Source: Camelus ferus (Eukaryota). From it: a stretch of 64,000 nucleotides of DNA. Position numbers and translations under genes: made by a program. This document shows positions 12,051 to 24,673 of this stretch, in pieces (within the stretch, counting starts at the first letter, position 1; each line of letters starts with the position of its first letter). The notes under the pieces are model-generated. The model did not search any database. It saw only the letters and a list, made by a program, of their open reading frames with translations, and had not been told where the DNA came from. Location: positions 6,822,001-6,886,000 of the forward strand of contig NC_045697.1 of assembly GCF_009834535.1 (NCBI RefSeq), in the 5' to 3' direction.

Positions 12051-13049
12051 ATGAAGAAGTGAAAAATTTCTAAAAGAAATGAAATTGAATTATTTGTACA
12101 TCCAGCCCGCTATATTGACTCTCATACGTCAAATAGCACATGTGTTAAAAATCAGAGATTTCTAACTTCAGTTCCTAGCTTGCTCATTTACTAATTTATT
12201 TGCCATCATAATTCTTGCATCACACACCAAAAAACTTGCAACTTGGAGAGCTTAAGTAGCTTGCCTCAGATTGGTCCCCCCCCCCCCCGATAGTGGGATG
12301 AAGTGAAGAGCCTATCAAACGTGAATGGGTCACCCAAGGCTTGCCATCCAGTAAGCTCTTAATCCATGTGGCTGTTATTGTTTAATATTTGGGAGGTGTG
12401 AGGGATGATCCTCAGGGAAACTTGGCCAAAGCGTTTTCTATGAATAAGCCCCTTTTCAGCACAGCCAACAAAAGAAAAGTTCTGGCTCTAAGAGAGGTGA
12501 AATTTTCGATCATCAGAGAAGGATTCCAAGGATGAGGCAAAGATGGCTTATTGAGGTTCTGCATAATGAGAACACATCCTTATTCCCCTTTACATCTGCT
12601 CCCACTCTGCTCACTAACCCAGGATCACTGGGGGCATTGATTTCAAGAAGGGCAGAGCTTTGCTCCATGTCAGCCCCTTAGAGGTTGCTCTGTCAAATGT
12701 ACCCCCAGCGCCATTGAAACACATCGCTCTTCTCTCTTGTGATGCTTAATTTGTCTTCACAGCGCTTAAAATTTTCAAGTCCCACATTTGGCTTTATTTT
12801 ATTTTTTTTAATATGCCTTCAACATCAGAACACAAGCTCTACAAAGGCAAGGACATTTTCTCCCTGCTGTTTCCCCAAAGGCAATGGGGTCTCAAAACAT
12901 AATGACAGGTATGGATGTGCTATTGTCATCCATTATAATTATGGTTGCAGGAATACATGACTACTTAATAAATGTGGGAATACCAGTAACTTGAAAGGGA
13001 AATCTTCAGAGTACACCTCCTCTTTTGTATTCTTTATTTTACTGAATTT

Positions 13050-13630
13050 GCACACAAAATTTCCTCATGTATTCCAGCCCCAAACTGGGATAGTCTCTGA
13101 TACTTTTCTCACTCTGAATGTCTATAGATATGGAAATGCTCAATCAACTCATAAACTTTACATTGTAATTCCCTGTTTCTATTCCCACATCCTGGCTGCT
13201 GGGATCATTGCTCACCTGGGATGCTTTCATAACACCTGGACTGCTCTCTCTTTCCCTTGTGTCCATCCCCACTGGTTTCCAGGTTGTAACTAGAAAAATC
13301 TTTCCAAAATGAGTATCTGTCTGTGTTGACCTATTGAAAATCTTGGCTATGTTTTAGAAAAGTTTTCAGAATTTTCTACTTCTCCAGCATTATTTTGTTC
13401 TTTAAATTTGTGCCCCAACGTCTAGCAATAATGAATTTCTCACAGCAATTTCTAGCTTGTTTCTAGGCATTTGCATGTGCATTACATTGCATCACATACT
13501 TCTATTCACTTTTCTGTGCCCCCTGTGAGCCTATAAACTTCCTAAATTTGAAAACTGCATCTTATTAGTCATTGTATATACACCACCTACCGGCATCCAA
13601 AGCACATCTAGGTGTAAATGAATATGTAAA
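13050..13630 (+). mobile_element. L2 LINE 3' region, degenerate
   Basis: cagccccaaactgggatagtctctgatac...ctataaacttcctaaatttgaaaactgcatcttattagtcattgtata. Confidence 0.6.
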
Positions 13631-14314
13631 CAAAATAGCCTTTTTCTTTTACCAATGTCCTGTGTGTTTGGTTAGAAAATATCAATCTTCCTGAGTCTGA
13701 TCACCTGGGGAAAAGTAGTTTCCAAACTTAAAATGTTCAGAAAGACACTAAAACTTACACAGTACTTCTAGGGCACAAGTACTTGGTGGGAATATCCACG
13801 GTTGGCTGTCAGCCTCCCTTTGGTCATTTCTGTCTCCCTTCTTTTCTCTAACATCAATACTCGTTACTACCAGAAAACCAACCAGAAAAAATATCTATAG
13901 CTCAATAGGATGGCCTAAATGATGTGTTCCCCCTTTAACTGAAAAAGTAAAAACAAAGCATTCAATTCTATACTCTCCATCAGCCCATCTGTTTCTTACA
14001 AGCCATCATGGTGACAGATGCAAAAAATGTCGGCCATGAACAACACCTCCTGCTGCCTAAGAAAGACACATCCATATATGTCTGTGTTCAGAAACAAACA
14101 GGAGTTTCAGATGAGTACATTTTTCAGAAGTGTGGTGTCGCACAACAGATTGAGAATGCGCAAACAGGTTTAGTAGAGGCTTTTGTTTATTTTAAAGGAT
14201 GGAAATAGACTAAATGCTTCATTAACTGGCAGGTTGGAAGCTGTATGGAAGAGGTATATGAAGGAGACTCAAAACTCAAACTCAGTGGTAAGAAGCAAGT
14301 TAATAATATTATTA

Positions 14315-14374
14315 AGGAGGAGAAAGAGGAGGAGGAGGGGAAGAGGAAGAGGAAGGAGCAGGAGGAGGAGGGAG
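14315..14374. repeat. GA-rich (GAG/GAA) low-complexity tract
   Basis: aggaggagaaagaggaggaggaggggaagaggaagaggaaggagcaggaggaggag. Confidence 0.85.
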
Positions 14375-14764
14375 AATGTTATGGGCAAAAACTGATGGAA
14401 TTTGTAGCAGCAAGACAGTTTAAAGATCACTAGGCTCTATGCTCCTGTTTGAGCACCTGTGGCCATGCAAACCCGGAGAAGTGAAGTGAGGTATCTATGG
14501 TTGCATGGCTTAGAGCACAAGTGGCCACCCAAACCAATATTGATTTAGTAACAGTTCTCATCCAATAGCCTCATTGCCCGTCAAGAGTCCTTAACTCTCT
14601 AAAGGTCGCCTGGTTGGGATAGTCAAATCTGAAAACTGAACCCAATTTTTGATAGTCTCTGAACGATTTTCTTTCCCTAGTGTCCTTCCTACTGGGGAGT
14701 ATAAATGCTGAAGAAGTTCTGGGTCATGAAAGAAGTGCAATCGAGTTTGCATGCTCAGTTCTAG

Positions 14765-15000
14765 AAAGGAAATGTAAAGAACCTGGGCTTGGGAGTCAGG
14801 CGACTTGGAACTGAATTTCCATTCTGTCAAATATTGTCTAGAAATCTGGGACAAGTTTAAGATCTTATAGTCTCAACTTCCTCTTCTGTAAAAATAATGA
14901 CAATAATCTTCAAAAGAGAGGCCGTTTGTAAAGTCTAGATGAAATTGTATGTCGAGAATCTGGCATAGTACTTGGCACATGCAAACTCTCAAATAATGTG
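14765..15000 (+). mobile_element. MIR SINE, near full length
   Basis: gggcttgggagtcaggcgacttgg...ctcaacttcctcttctgtaaaa...gcatagtacttggcacat. Confidence 0.75.
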
Positions 15001-15470
15001 TGTACTCTATCAATACTTCTTCGCAACTGAGGGCAATGGAACTTAGACTAACACATTATTTTAAAATATAGCTTTAGGCACTACTTATACATTATCAAGT
15101 GATAGGAAGTTGCTAATTTTAAAATGATTTAAGTCTCTTCCAAATAAACAACACATTAAAAAATTTGTAGGAAGCACTTAAAAGTTAATCTGGCAAGTGT
15201 GTCACTCTGTGCAGAGCACTGGTGAGAAATCTCAGCAGGATAGAAGGGTAGCAAGGAGCTACAGTACGTTATCCATTGGAAAAGCTCAAAATTACATGCA
15301 TATTTTATAAATAATTATATATGTAAATACACACATTTGTAATTGGTTTTATGTTTAAATGAGCTAATTATATTTAAAGTCAATTATTGCAAAGGGAGTT
15401 AGAATCGAAGTGACTTTGTGTTTTCACACCGGGTAAGGTGAACATGAGCATGATTTATTTCTCCTTCCCT

Positions 15471-15662
<192 letters not shown>

Positions 15663-15894
15663 CAAAAGGTGGGTACCATGAACAGCCAGACATCACAGGA
15701 GATCATATTATGTAATTCTTGCCCCATCTCTGGATGAGCTGTGAACTCACACCTGCCACCATAGCTCTCTTATTCTCAGTTTCTTCACTTGTGAAATGGG
15801 AATAATACTTCTTTCTGTTCCCCTCAATTCCAACCTCATAGTAAGGGTTGAGTAAAATGCCTACAATGCAGACATAAAGCATGAAACATATGCC

Positions 15895-16390
15895 CATTCA
15901 TTCCTTTATTCAGGCTCTGAGGTGTGGTGGTGGATAGGGCAGACGTGGCCCCATTCTCACACAGGGCTACAAGCTTGTGAAGGAAACAGAGCTGAGGGGA
16001 GGGAGGGGCCATGTGAGGACCTGGGTGAGGTGAAGGAGCCTAGAGGGGGCATCAGGTTCAGATCCTTGCAGAGAAGCTTCCCAGCAGGAATGACATCAAA
16101 GCTGCCTTATAAAGCATGAGTGGAAGAAATCAACTGTAAAGAAGTGTCGGGGGCAGGGGAGGGTGGTAAGGGTTCCAGATGGAGGCAAGTTTTGTCACAT
16201 ACAGAAGAAAGACAACGCATTACTTGTCCAGGGAAGGGAAATACACTTGGTCCAGTTGGATCCGAGATTTCAAGGGGAAAAACTTTGAGTGGGAGGGAAG
16301 TCAGACTGTACACATCTCACAAGCCACCTTATTCTAGGCTTTGAGATCAGAGGGAGGCCCTTAAAGGATTTTATACAAGATAGTCTTAAA
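15895..16390 (-). mobile_element. L2 LINE 3' fragment
   Basis: cattcattcctttattca...gacgtggccccattctcac...agaagcttcccagcaggaatgacatcaaagctg. Confidence 0.65.
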
Positions 16391-19300
16391 ACTGGTCTCA
16401 TGAATCATACATCAATTCCGTTGGCAACTTCAGTGCTGAAGTGTCCCTTGGTCAGGAACAATGAGCTTCTCAGAAACAACAGTTTCTGCTCCTGCTCCCT
16501 AGTCTCTCTCCCTACCAACCCCCGCACCTCTTCTCTTTGTCTAGGTTTTCAGTTTTGTGAACAGCTCCAGTCTCTCCATGCCCTTGACACAGGTTCCAGC
16601 TTCAAGAGGAAACATTTCAGAGTTCTGTATCTAAGGCTGAAGCTTCTAACACAGGTTCAAAATCTGCCTCTTCAGAAAGAAGTTTTAGGATCACCTCCAT
16701 CATCTTCTTGCTGCTGAGCCATGTTATGATAGCTGCCGTATCCAACTCAGAATTGCGGAGGTTAGAAAGAATTTAGAAACCACAATATTTACATGGCCAT
16801 TTCCTCTCCAGTGCCTCAAGGTGAAGGGCTGGAGGAAATCCGTCTTTTTGCCCCAGTTCTGTTTAATAAAGTGCTCTGTCCAAGAGAAACACCATACATG
16901 TGGGAAGAAATCTCAGATGGGGAAGCGGAGGTCCCGATATGTGTTAGAACTGTGTCTTCATGATTACCAGTCCTATGTGTTTTCATTTGAGAAAATACTT
17001 GAACCATCCTTAATGCTGGGGCATGAGAGCCCTTCCTCCCAAATGAGAAGTTTTGGTCCATAGGCAGGAAGTGCTGTGAGTCTGTTGCTCTGTTCCATCT
17101 CTGCACCCTGGGACTCTGTCTTTCCTGGGGAGGAGAAACGACCTAATTCCACCACTGAGTTTAGAAGTTTAGACTTTAGAAGAAGGAGCAAGTTGCATCC
17201 TCCCCAGCACAGCCCTTGGTCTCCTGTCATCAGCAGCAGTCTGCTCAGTGCCTGGGTGACTTCCCCTGAGGAAACCAAGCAGTTAAGAGTTTCATCCTCC
17301 CTGGGGCATCCCGGGGTCTCTGCCCCTTCCTCTCCTCTCCCTCTTGAGTTCCTGAAGAGAGAACTCCTTTCTCAGTGCTCTTCCAGGCTGTAGCTGCTTC
17401 TGTGGGGTGGGGGCAGCTCTACTGGCCTAGAATCACCGGTGATTGGTGGGTGGGTCTAGCTGATTATGAAGTTCAGATATGAGCCACAGCCCCCAAGGTG
17501 ACCTTTACTTGTAGTAAAAGCAGTATTTTGTCTTCCCATCTACCTTAATGCTTGCTCATCTCTCGATAGATTTGGAACTCAAGCTAGGTATGGTGTTCTT
17601 TGTTGGGTCCCCAACTCTGAAGAGCAGGTGCTCCTGGCTCCTGGGGGACTGTCCTCAAAGAGAAGTGTTGGCTGTGCCTCCCTGCCAGTGCCAGCTTGCA
17701 GGGGGACCCACTCATGTGACTTCTCCCTGATGGTCAGAGCAGTGGCACATCAAGATTTGCAAGAGCCACAAACTAGACAACAACTCAGATCACCGGGTCC
17801 TGGGAATCCCCAGAATGTACCAACAAAAGCCCTGTAAACCTAGACAGGGTTAGCCCTCCCACCACTGGTTCTGGAACTTGCAGATGCAGCTGTGGTGGGG
17901 GGTCTCTGCTGTGTTGGGACAGATGGTTTGCACGCCATGCAAAGGGGCTTCTAGGTTGGGGTGTTTTGCTCTGAGCTTCATCTGTCAGGCTGCAGGGTCT
18001 GCTGGTGCAGAGGGTTTGGGAACCCATGCGAACACCTGGAGCTTGCTGCCTTATACAACAGAGCTCTCTCCAGTTCATTCTGTCCTTCTCTGGGAGGGGT
18101 GGGGCTTAGCATCTGGGGTGCTGCTTTTGCACTAGTGGCCAGATTTTGAATCATGTGAAACATTCCAGTTACTTCCTTCCCCAGGTACTACAGTGTTAAA
18201 GTTAATGACAATAAGGCAGAATCAAGAATAATAACATGAAATAGTGATTTTTAAAGCTACCCATGTTTGATATCTAAAAAGAATTTGTAGACAGGCCACA
18301 TGTGCATCAAGATATTTCAAACATCATCTGACTTTTGCATTCTTTACATCTTTTGCATTCCTTATAGCAATAATTTGCATTAATTTCTGAAAAAAATAAG
18401 CTTAGTTATACAAATGTGGAAAATAAATGAAATACATACAAGGAATTGAAAATCAAGGCTATCCTACCATCAGAGTCAACTGCTTTTAATCAAAGTGTAT
18501 TCTATTCTGTAATCTGCCTTTTTATCACTCCCAAATAGATTGCAAACATATTCTCATATCTTCAAGTAGTGTTAAAGCACTGTTTTCAACAACAGAATAG
18601 AGTTGTACTGTATGGCTGAAAAGTGTATCTCCGATTAGGGGTTTATCTTCTCTTACTTCATTACTCGGGAGTGTGTGCTACTCTAAACAAATAACTCTTG
18701 AGGTAAGGTAGTCACCTCAAAGTAATAATTAAGTCTAATTCCACAACCAAGAGATGATTGCTTTTAACATATAATATCCACTGCTTTGTTGTCTGCAGTT
18801 TTTCACCTAGAGATGTATCAGAAGCATTTTGCATGCTATCAAATAATTTTAAAACATTATTTGTGTTGGCATTTCACTGTACAGATGCAAATTCCGTATT
18901 CCATTTCAGTTTCTTCTTTTTTCTTCCTTCCTGTTAAAAAGAGTCACCAAGACCATCTCACTTGACAGATGAGGAAAAGGAGGTCTAGGGCAGTGAGACA
19001 TCTTTGCCAAGACGGCAGAGTCATGACAGTTCTCAGGCTAGAACTCAGGGTTCCCGACTAATTCTGAGTTCTGCTTCTGCTGGGACACGTTCTCTTTGTA
19101 TCAGGGAGATTAACTGAATTCACTGTGCATTTTCTGAGGGTCTACTGTTGATAAGACACTCCCTGCTATGCATTATGGAATATATGGAAATATATGAAGT
19201 ACATATTTCTTGGTTACTGAGGACTCAAGTCACAAAGGAAACACCCAAAGGTATGGTGAAACTGAAAATTCTATTGTGAAAAAAAAAAGACTGAAAAGTG

Positions 19301-19394
19301 TATTGTTAAAAAAAAAGGCTATCGTAGCTCCATTTAGTGATAGTTATGCTGTTAAACAAGTTAAGATGGCCATAAATTGCTTGATATTTCTCTC

Positions 19395-19872
19395 ACTGAA
19401 CCAGTCCCTTCCCATGGATCTGGGCAGTGGGTGTGATGCGGCTGCTTTGACTTACAGGATATAGGACCTGTGAAAACTGCCGCTTCCAAGGCCCAGGCCT
19501 CACGGGGCCAGAGGCTTTCACTATCCCCCTGCTGGAAGGCTTGTCTGAGGGACGCCAGCCACCGTGCAGCGGTCTGACTAGCTTCAGACCACCATGCTGT
19601 GAGGAAGCACAAGCTGCCCCGTGAACCGACTGTGCAGAGAAGAGAAATATCCAAAGAGCAGCAGCTGTTCTAGCCATTCCTGCCCAGGCACAGACATGAG
19701 TGAAGGCACCCTGCAAGGACCCTAGGCACAGCCACCATCTGAGACAGTGTCACGAGAGACCTCACAGAGTAGCCTGATTCAGCCACACAGACACAGGACA
19801 TATCGATGTACTGTATTTCTAAGCCATCGCATTTGGCAGTGGTTTGCTGCCCAGTAAGAGACAACCTGGGCA
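19395..19872 (+). mobile_element. MaLR LTR, MLT1G/H-like
   Basis: agaccaccatgctgtgaggaagcacaagc...ttctaagccatcgcatttggcagtggtttg. Confidence 0.72.
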
Positions 19873-19891
19873 GGGAGGTGGTAGACTAGAC

Positions 19892-20305
19892 TGTTGTTCA
19901 GCAAATGTTTGTTCTCTGCCCTGAACCCCATGGAGGTGCTCTATTCCCTTCCCCATTCGTCCTGGTCACATGACATGCTTAAACCAGAGGAAGGAAAGCA
20001 GGTGTAACTTTGGCCACGTACCTTTTAGCCAATAAAGCCTCTGAGTAGGATTTTTAAGAGGCATTGCAAGTTTCCCCCAACCCTCTGGGCTCCCGACTCC
20101 CGCATGAGAACAGCACCTCCTGCACAGAGGTTACTTCTCCAGCCTGGACCCTGTCATGAGAGGATAACACAGGGCAGACTTAAGCCTGCTCTGCAGAGAC
20201 GCAGCACCAGACACACAGCCACAAGAAACAGATGTTTGTTACGGAAACTCACTAAATGTTTGTGAAGTTTATGTGGGATTATGACAGTAAAAGCTGACTA
20301 ACTTA
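19892..20305 (+). mobile_element. MaLR LTR, MLT1H/I-like
   Basis: cctggtcacatgacatgctt...ttctccagcctggaccctg...gtaaaagctgactaa. Confidence 0.65.
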
Positions 20306-20319
20306 GGAACTGGTTGCAG

Positions 20320-21203
20320 CCACGTGACTGCTGGTGGGCATTGGACGATCTGCTTCTGGGACGGCGTGCTCACATGGCTGTCAGCAGGAAGAGTCAATTT
20401 CTTTTCATGTGGGTTTCTCCGTAGAGCTGCCACGTGTATCTGCACAACATGGGAGCTGGTTCTGTTACCCCAAAAGGGGAAGAAAAAAGGACCCCAGTTC
20501 TTGTCTTACCAGAAAGAAGAATTCAGACAGGAGATGGAAGCATTGTAGAGTGAAAGATTTTACAGGTTTTACTGGCCAAGAACAGGAGGCAGGTTGACTC
20601 AAGGGTGGACAGCAATGGTCTTTGTTTGGTCCCCTTCTCTTACTCCCTCACTTAGAGGTGGTCTCGATTGATCGATGACTTTTGCCCCTAGAGTGCTTAG
20701 TCATGCTCGTCCCCTTTTGTTCATGTCCTTACCCATGATGCACACAGAGAAACTTATAGGGGTGCTGCTAAACTGCAATGCTAATTATATTACTTACAAT
20801 GAGCACTGGGTCATATCCAGTTAGGTTCCTGTCACTACCACACAGTTGTGGTTATTGGGTTCTAACCGGTTTCTTGCTGGCACTCATTTAGAGAAAGTAA
20901 AGCCCCTTTATTCTAAAAGCAAGCATATCGCCATCATCCAGACCATCCTCACTCTCCTCCACCTATCCGCCTGGTGCCCCCACTTATCTAACTACAACAG
21001 TTCCCTCAGAGTGAATGACACAAAAAGACAGGGCAGATACTAGACTCTCTTTTAGGACCCAGTCTTGAAAGTGACATGCCATGACTTATGCACTGTGCTA
21101 TCAGTCACACAGACTAACCCTGGTGCAATTTGGAAGGGAACTACACAAGGACATAAACACCATATGGGATTATTAAGGGACAACTTTGAGGATTACTGTA
21201 ACA
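20320..21203 (-). mobile_element. MaLR LTR, MLT1F-like, split by an ERV1 LTR
   Basis: ctcacatggctgtcagcagg...cacaacatgggagctggttc | cctcagagtgaatga...cagtcacacagactaaccctggtgcaat. Confidence 0.75.
20463..20999 (-). mobile_element. ERV1-class solo LTR, 537 bp
   Basis: TG...CA termini; perfect 4-bp TSD GTTC at 20459-20462 and 21000-21003; left end tgttacc...cagttcttgtc...gaagaattcag resembles antisense MER51/MER50-type LTR ends. Confidence 0.85.
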
Positions 21204-22059
21204 GGGCCGCCCAACTGTTTATGGTCAGGAAACATGCAAACCATGGAGCTTTGGGAGCAAAGAGAGAAACTGGAGAAGAGAAAGAGAGAAAAGAGAAAGA
21301 GAAGCAGTTGTGTAAGCTGGACCTGGAGGCCGTTGCGCACCTCCGTTGTGGGCAGCCCTGTTCTGCAGCAGTCCACATCAGACAAGGACAAGCATGTCCA
21401 TCAGCTAAACATTGACAGAATTTCCAGCAAAGCCATCAGACTTCCAGGACCCACAGCAAATGAAGACGATGGTGATGTGATAGCAACCAGAATGGCCTGA
21501 AGGTCAGAGGCCATGGACACTGGCAGCTGGTGAGGTCAAGCACTGACTGAGACTAAATTTCCTGCCCAGCTGAGGTGAGGAGCCCTATTTAATGTGATTA
21601 AAGAAAATAGAGATTCTATGTCCGTGGATAAAGTTTTTACTCCGTCCATATACCTCATGTCATTTTTCTGAAGCTTGTGTTATCAGCCTCAATTTTCACC
21701 AAAGCAGGAATCAAAGCTGAAGAAGATTAGGCAATTAGGTAAAGATGTTCCTGTCTAACAAGGCAGAGTCAGAATTAGAACCCAACCCACCCGACTGATG
21801 CCAACATGGATACGTCTGGAACCCGACCAGAAGATCCAAATGCCTGTCATGAGGGCACTCTCTAAAAGGATTTGGGAGGAGAAGCAAATGACTATTGACA
21901 GACAGAAGGCCCCACTGCCTGCTTTATGTCTTTTCCAGTATTGTTTGCCTGGGGGGCCTAAAGATGAATTATTCTTTGTTTTACAGTCTGTCTTCAATCA
22001 ACACCAGCCAGTGATTTATAAACATAAAACACATTGGCTGAAATTAATGGAAGGAAAGC

Positions 22060-22330
22060 ATACTGAAAAGCTAGACACCAACAACTAAAATCCTAAGTAA
22101 AGTAATAGAAAGAAGAGAAAAAGTAAACAGATTAATTAAACACTTGAAGATTCACAGAATTGCAAAAGAACTTCAGGAACTGAATCTTTGACTAAAAAGA
22201 TAAATATTTGGAAAATGTAATCAGGAAAATAAGATTTAAGAAGCTACAACAACAAATTAGAGATGAGAAGATACAACAACATATGATTTACTATCATAAG
22301 AAAATAATATATACTAAATTATCCAACCAT
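22060..22330 (+). mobile_element. Ancient L1 ORF2-region fragment
   Basis: A-rich degenerate ...aatctttgactaaaaagataaat...aatcaggaaaataaga...aaattagagatgagaagatacaacaac. Confidence 0.45.
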
Positions 22331-23361
22331 ATAGTGGTGAACATAATACATTGCGTTATAATTACCAGTCTGTTTGCCCTTCTTCTCCTATGGTAAGTCT
22401 TTGAAGATAAAACATTCTGCAGTCAGTCCCTGTCCTTGTACCTCCACCACCAAACAAAAAACAAAACAAAAGTGAAAACACATGTTGTTCCAGCACACAG
22501 GGGGCACTTGATAAATATTAATGAATGACTTTTTTGTAATAGACACATATAATTGACAGTGACTGGAGAAAGCGGAAAACACGAGTACGACAGTAACACA
22601 GGAAATGATTTAAAATGGTTATTAGGAATTATTTATATTTTACACTCTGTGAGTTATTTAAGACTTACAAGGAGGAACCAATAATTATTTTAGAAGGTAA
22701 ACAAAAGATGAGCTCAACTCATATTATGAAACCAGCATAAGCTATAATTAACTTATGTATTTTTAAATAGTCTCTTAAGTGGATGCCAAATGAAAGGCCC
22801 TTTGCCAAGCTGAACAGTTCAGGTTTTTGCAGTATAAAAGTCTAGGTTTCAAACACAGCCTTTACTTCTTACTAGTACTGAGATTTGGGTCATTTCCTGA
22901 GGTTCTCCTCAGGGTCAAAGTTTTCATTTGTAATACAACAACGATAATCATTTTTTCAGTTGATTTTCCTAAGTAGGAAATCCAGTCAATTATAAATAGT
23001 CATTTGTTCATATTTAAAATAGGCATTATTTGATTGTTTCACATTTTACTCCACCCACCAGAAATTATAGGACATGTTTCCATGTTGTGTCAGTGTTGGA
23101 TACTGTAGACCAAAACCTTTCAGCTCACTGATTTTAAGTAGCACACAGCCTAGTGGGGTGGGCATTCACCTCTCTGCAGCTAGTCCTTCATTAGCTAGCT
23201 AGGGGAAACTCCCATTTCTTCATCTATAAAATAAAAGAGAAAATCAAAACCAATTAATTTATACCATTCAATTTCAAAATGATATGGAAAATATAAGTAT
23301 AATTTGGACATCCAAAGTGAAACTGTTTCCATCTCTCACTGGAAATCATGTTTTGTTCTGG

Positions 23362-23498
23362 TTTTTTTTTTTTTAACATTTTTTATTGACTTATAATCAT
23401 TTTACAATGTTGTGTCAAATTCCAGTGTAGAGCACAATTTTTCAGTTATACATGAACATACATATATTCATTATCACATTTTTTTCTCTGTGAGCTAC
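23362..23498 (-). mobile_element. Young camelid-type L1 3' end, heavily 5'-truncated
   Basis: T13 tail, then aacattttttattgacttataatcattttacaatgttgtgtcaaattccagtgtagagcac; near-identical to the copy at 44505. Confidence 0.88.
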
Positions 23499-23582
23499 TG
23501 TTTTTATATTCAAGATTACAGACATATTTAGTGAGATACATTGGCCTAGAATGTAGGTCTCATGAATTCAATGTTTTGTGTT

Positions 23583-24424
23583 GTATTTGTATGTTTGAGC
23601 TGTCACACCAAAATGCCATAGACTGAGTGGCTTTAAGCACAGAAATTTACTTTCTCACAGTTTTAAAGGCAAGGAAGTCTGAGATCAGTTGCTGGCCAAT
23701 TTGGTTCTCTATTGAGAACTTACTTCCTGGTTCATAGATAGCTGTCTTCTATGACCATGCCAGACAGAGAGAGAGAAAGGAAGCAAGCTCTCTGCGGTCT
23801 CCTCTTATAAAGCTAATCCCATCACAAGCATCCCACCCATCTTTTATGGCCTCATCTAAACCTAATCACCTCTTGTGAACATTACTAAAGGGAGCCCTCA
23901 CTAAAATGGAGTTAGGAGTCCAGAAGGGGGCATTCTCATGCAGGTACCACTCAACATCAATACAGGTCACGAGAGGAAGTGTGGTACTTTGTATCTCTGG
24001 CAGAAAGTAACATGACTTAACTGTCCCCAGCTGGAGGAAGACAAGTTTTTCTCCTTTGCCTAGCAACAGCTCAGCTAATGAGAGACTGTCACAACTCAGC
24101 CAATGAAGAGCCACTACACTTTGAGCTCTCAACTTCCTCCAATGGACTTTTTGTTTCTAACAGCCCCTCCCAACTTCCCTTTCTCCTCTATAAAAGAATT
24201 TCCTCCTATTTGCTTTACTGGACTTGCATGTGGTTCACCATAGTTGCATGTCCCAGATTGCAATTCATAGCTGCTCCTAAATAAACCCATTTTGCTGGTA
24301 AAAATAACTGGCTATTTTATTGTTTTAGGTTAACACTCCCAAAGGCCCCACCTCCAGATACCATCACACTGGGGGTTACCGTTTCAACCTATGAATTTGG
24401 TGGGACACAATTCCGTCGATAGCA
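23583..24424 (-). mobile_element. MaLR LTR, MLT1A/B-like, split by an ERV1 LTR
   Basis: catagactgagtggctt...cctaatcacctct | ctcccaaaggccccacctccagataccatcacactgggggtt...gatagca. Confidence 0.82.
23874..24335 (+). mobile_element. ERV1-class solo LTR (MER34-group-like), 462 bp
   Basis: TG...CA; TSD ctct/ctcc; CCAAT 24100-24104, TATAAAA 24189-24195, AATAAA 24280-24285. Confidence 0.85.
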
Positions 24425-24441
24425 TGTACCTTGCATAAGAA

Positions 24442-24673
24442 CAGTAGTTCTCCCTAAACATTTAGAATGTCTTGGGTCCTTTTAAGAATCTGATAAAATC
24501 CACAGATCTTTTCCCCAGGAATGAGGACGACTGTATGCATAATTCCATGCACATACGCATATATACATACTGATAGACATGAAATTTGCATACAGCTTTA
24601 GGAAATCCCTGCAATCCTGAAGCATGTGCATGGCAACTCCAATAGTGCAAGGCTCCCAAGTTCGGAACTCTTG
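24442..24673. mobile_element. hAT-Charlie MITE, Charlie4z-like
   Basis: cagtagttctc...taagaatctgataaaatccacagatcttttccccag...aaatttgcatacag...ccaagttcggaactcttg. Confidence 0.7.

Noticed and set aside
12276..12288. C13 homopolymer
   Set aside because: Isolated run with no associated structure; length may be assembly-dependent
14008..14208. 66-aa ORF in unique sequence
   Set aside because: No recognisable homology and short enough to be random; cannot be supported without a search
21380..21399. p53-like element agacaaggac-aagcatgtcc
   Set aside because: Only one half-site fits RRRCWWGYYY; expected by chance
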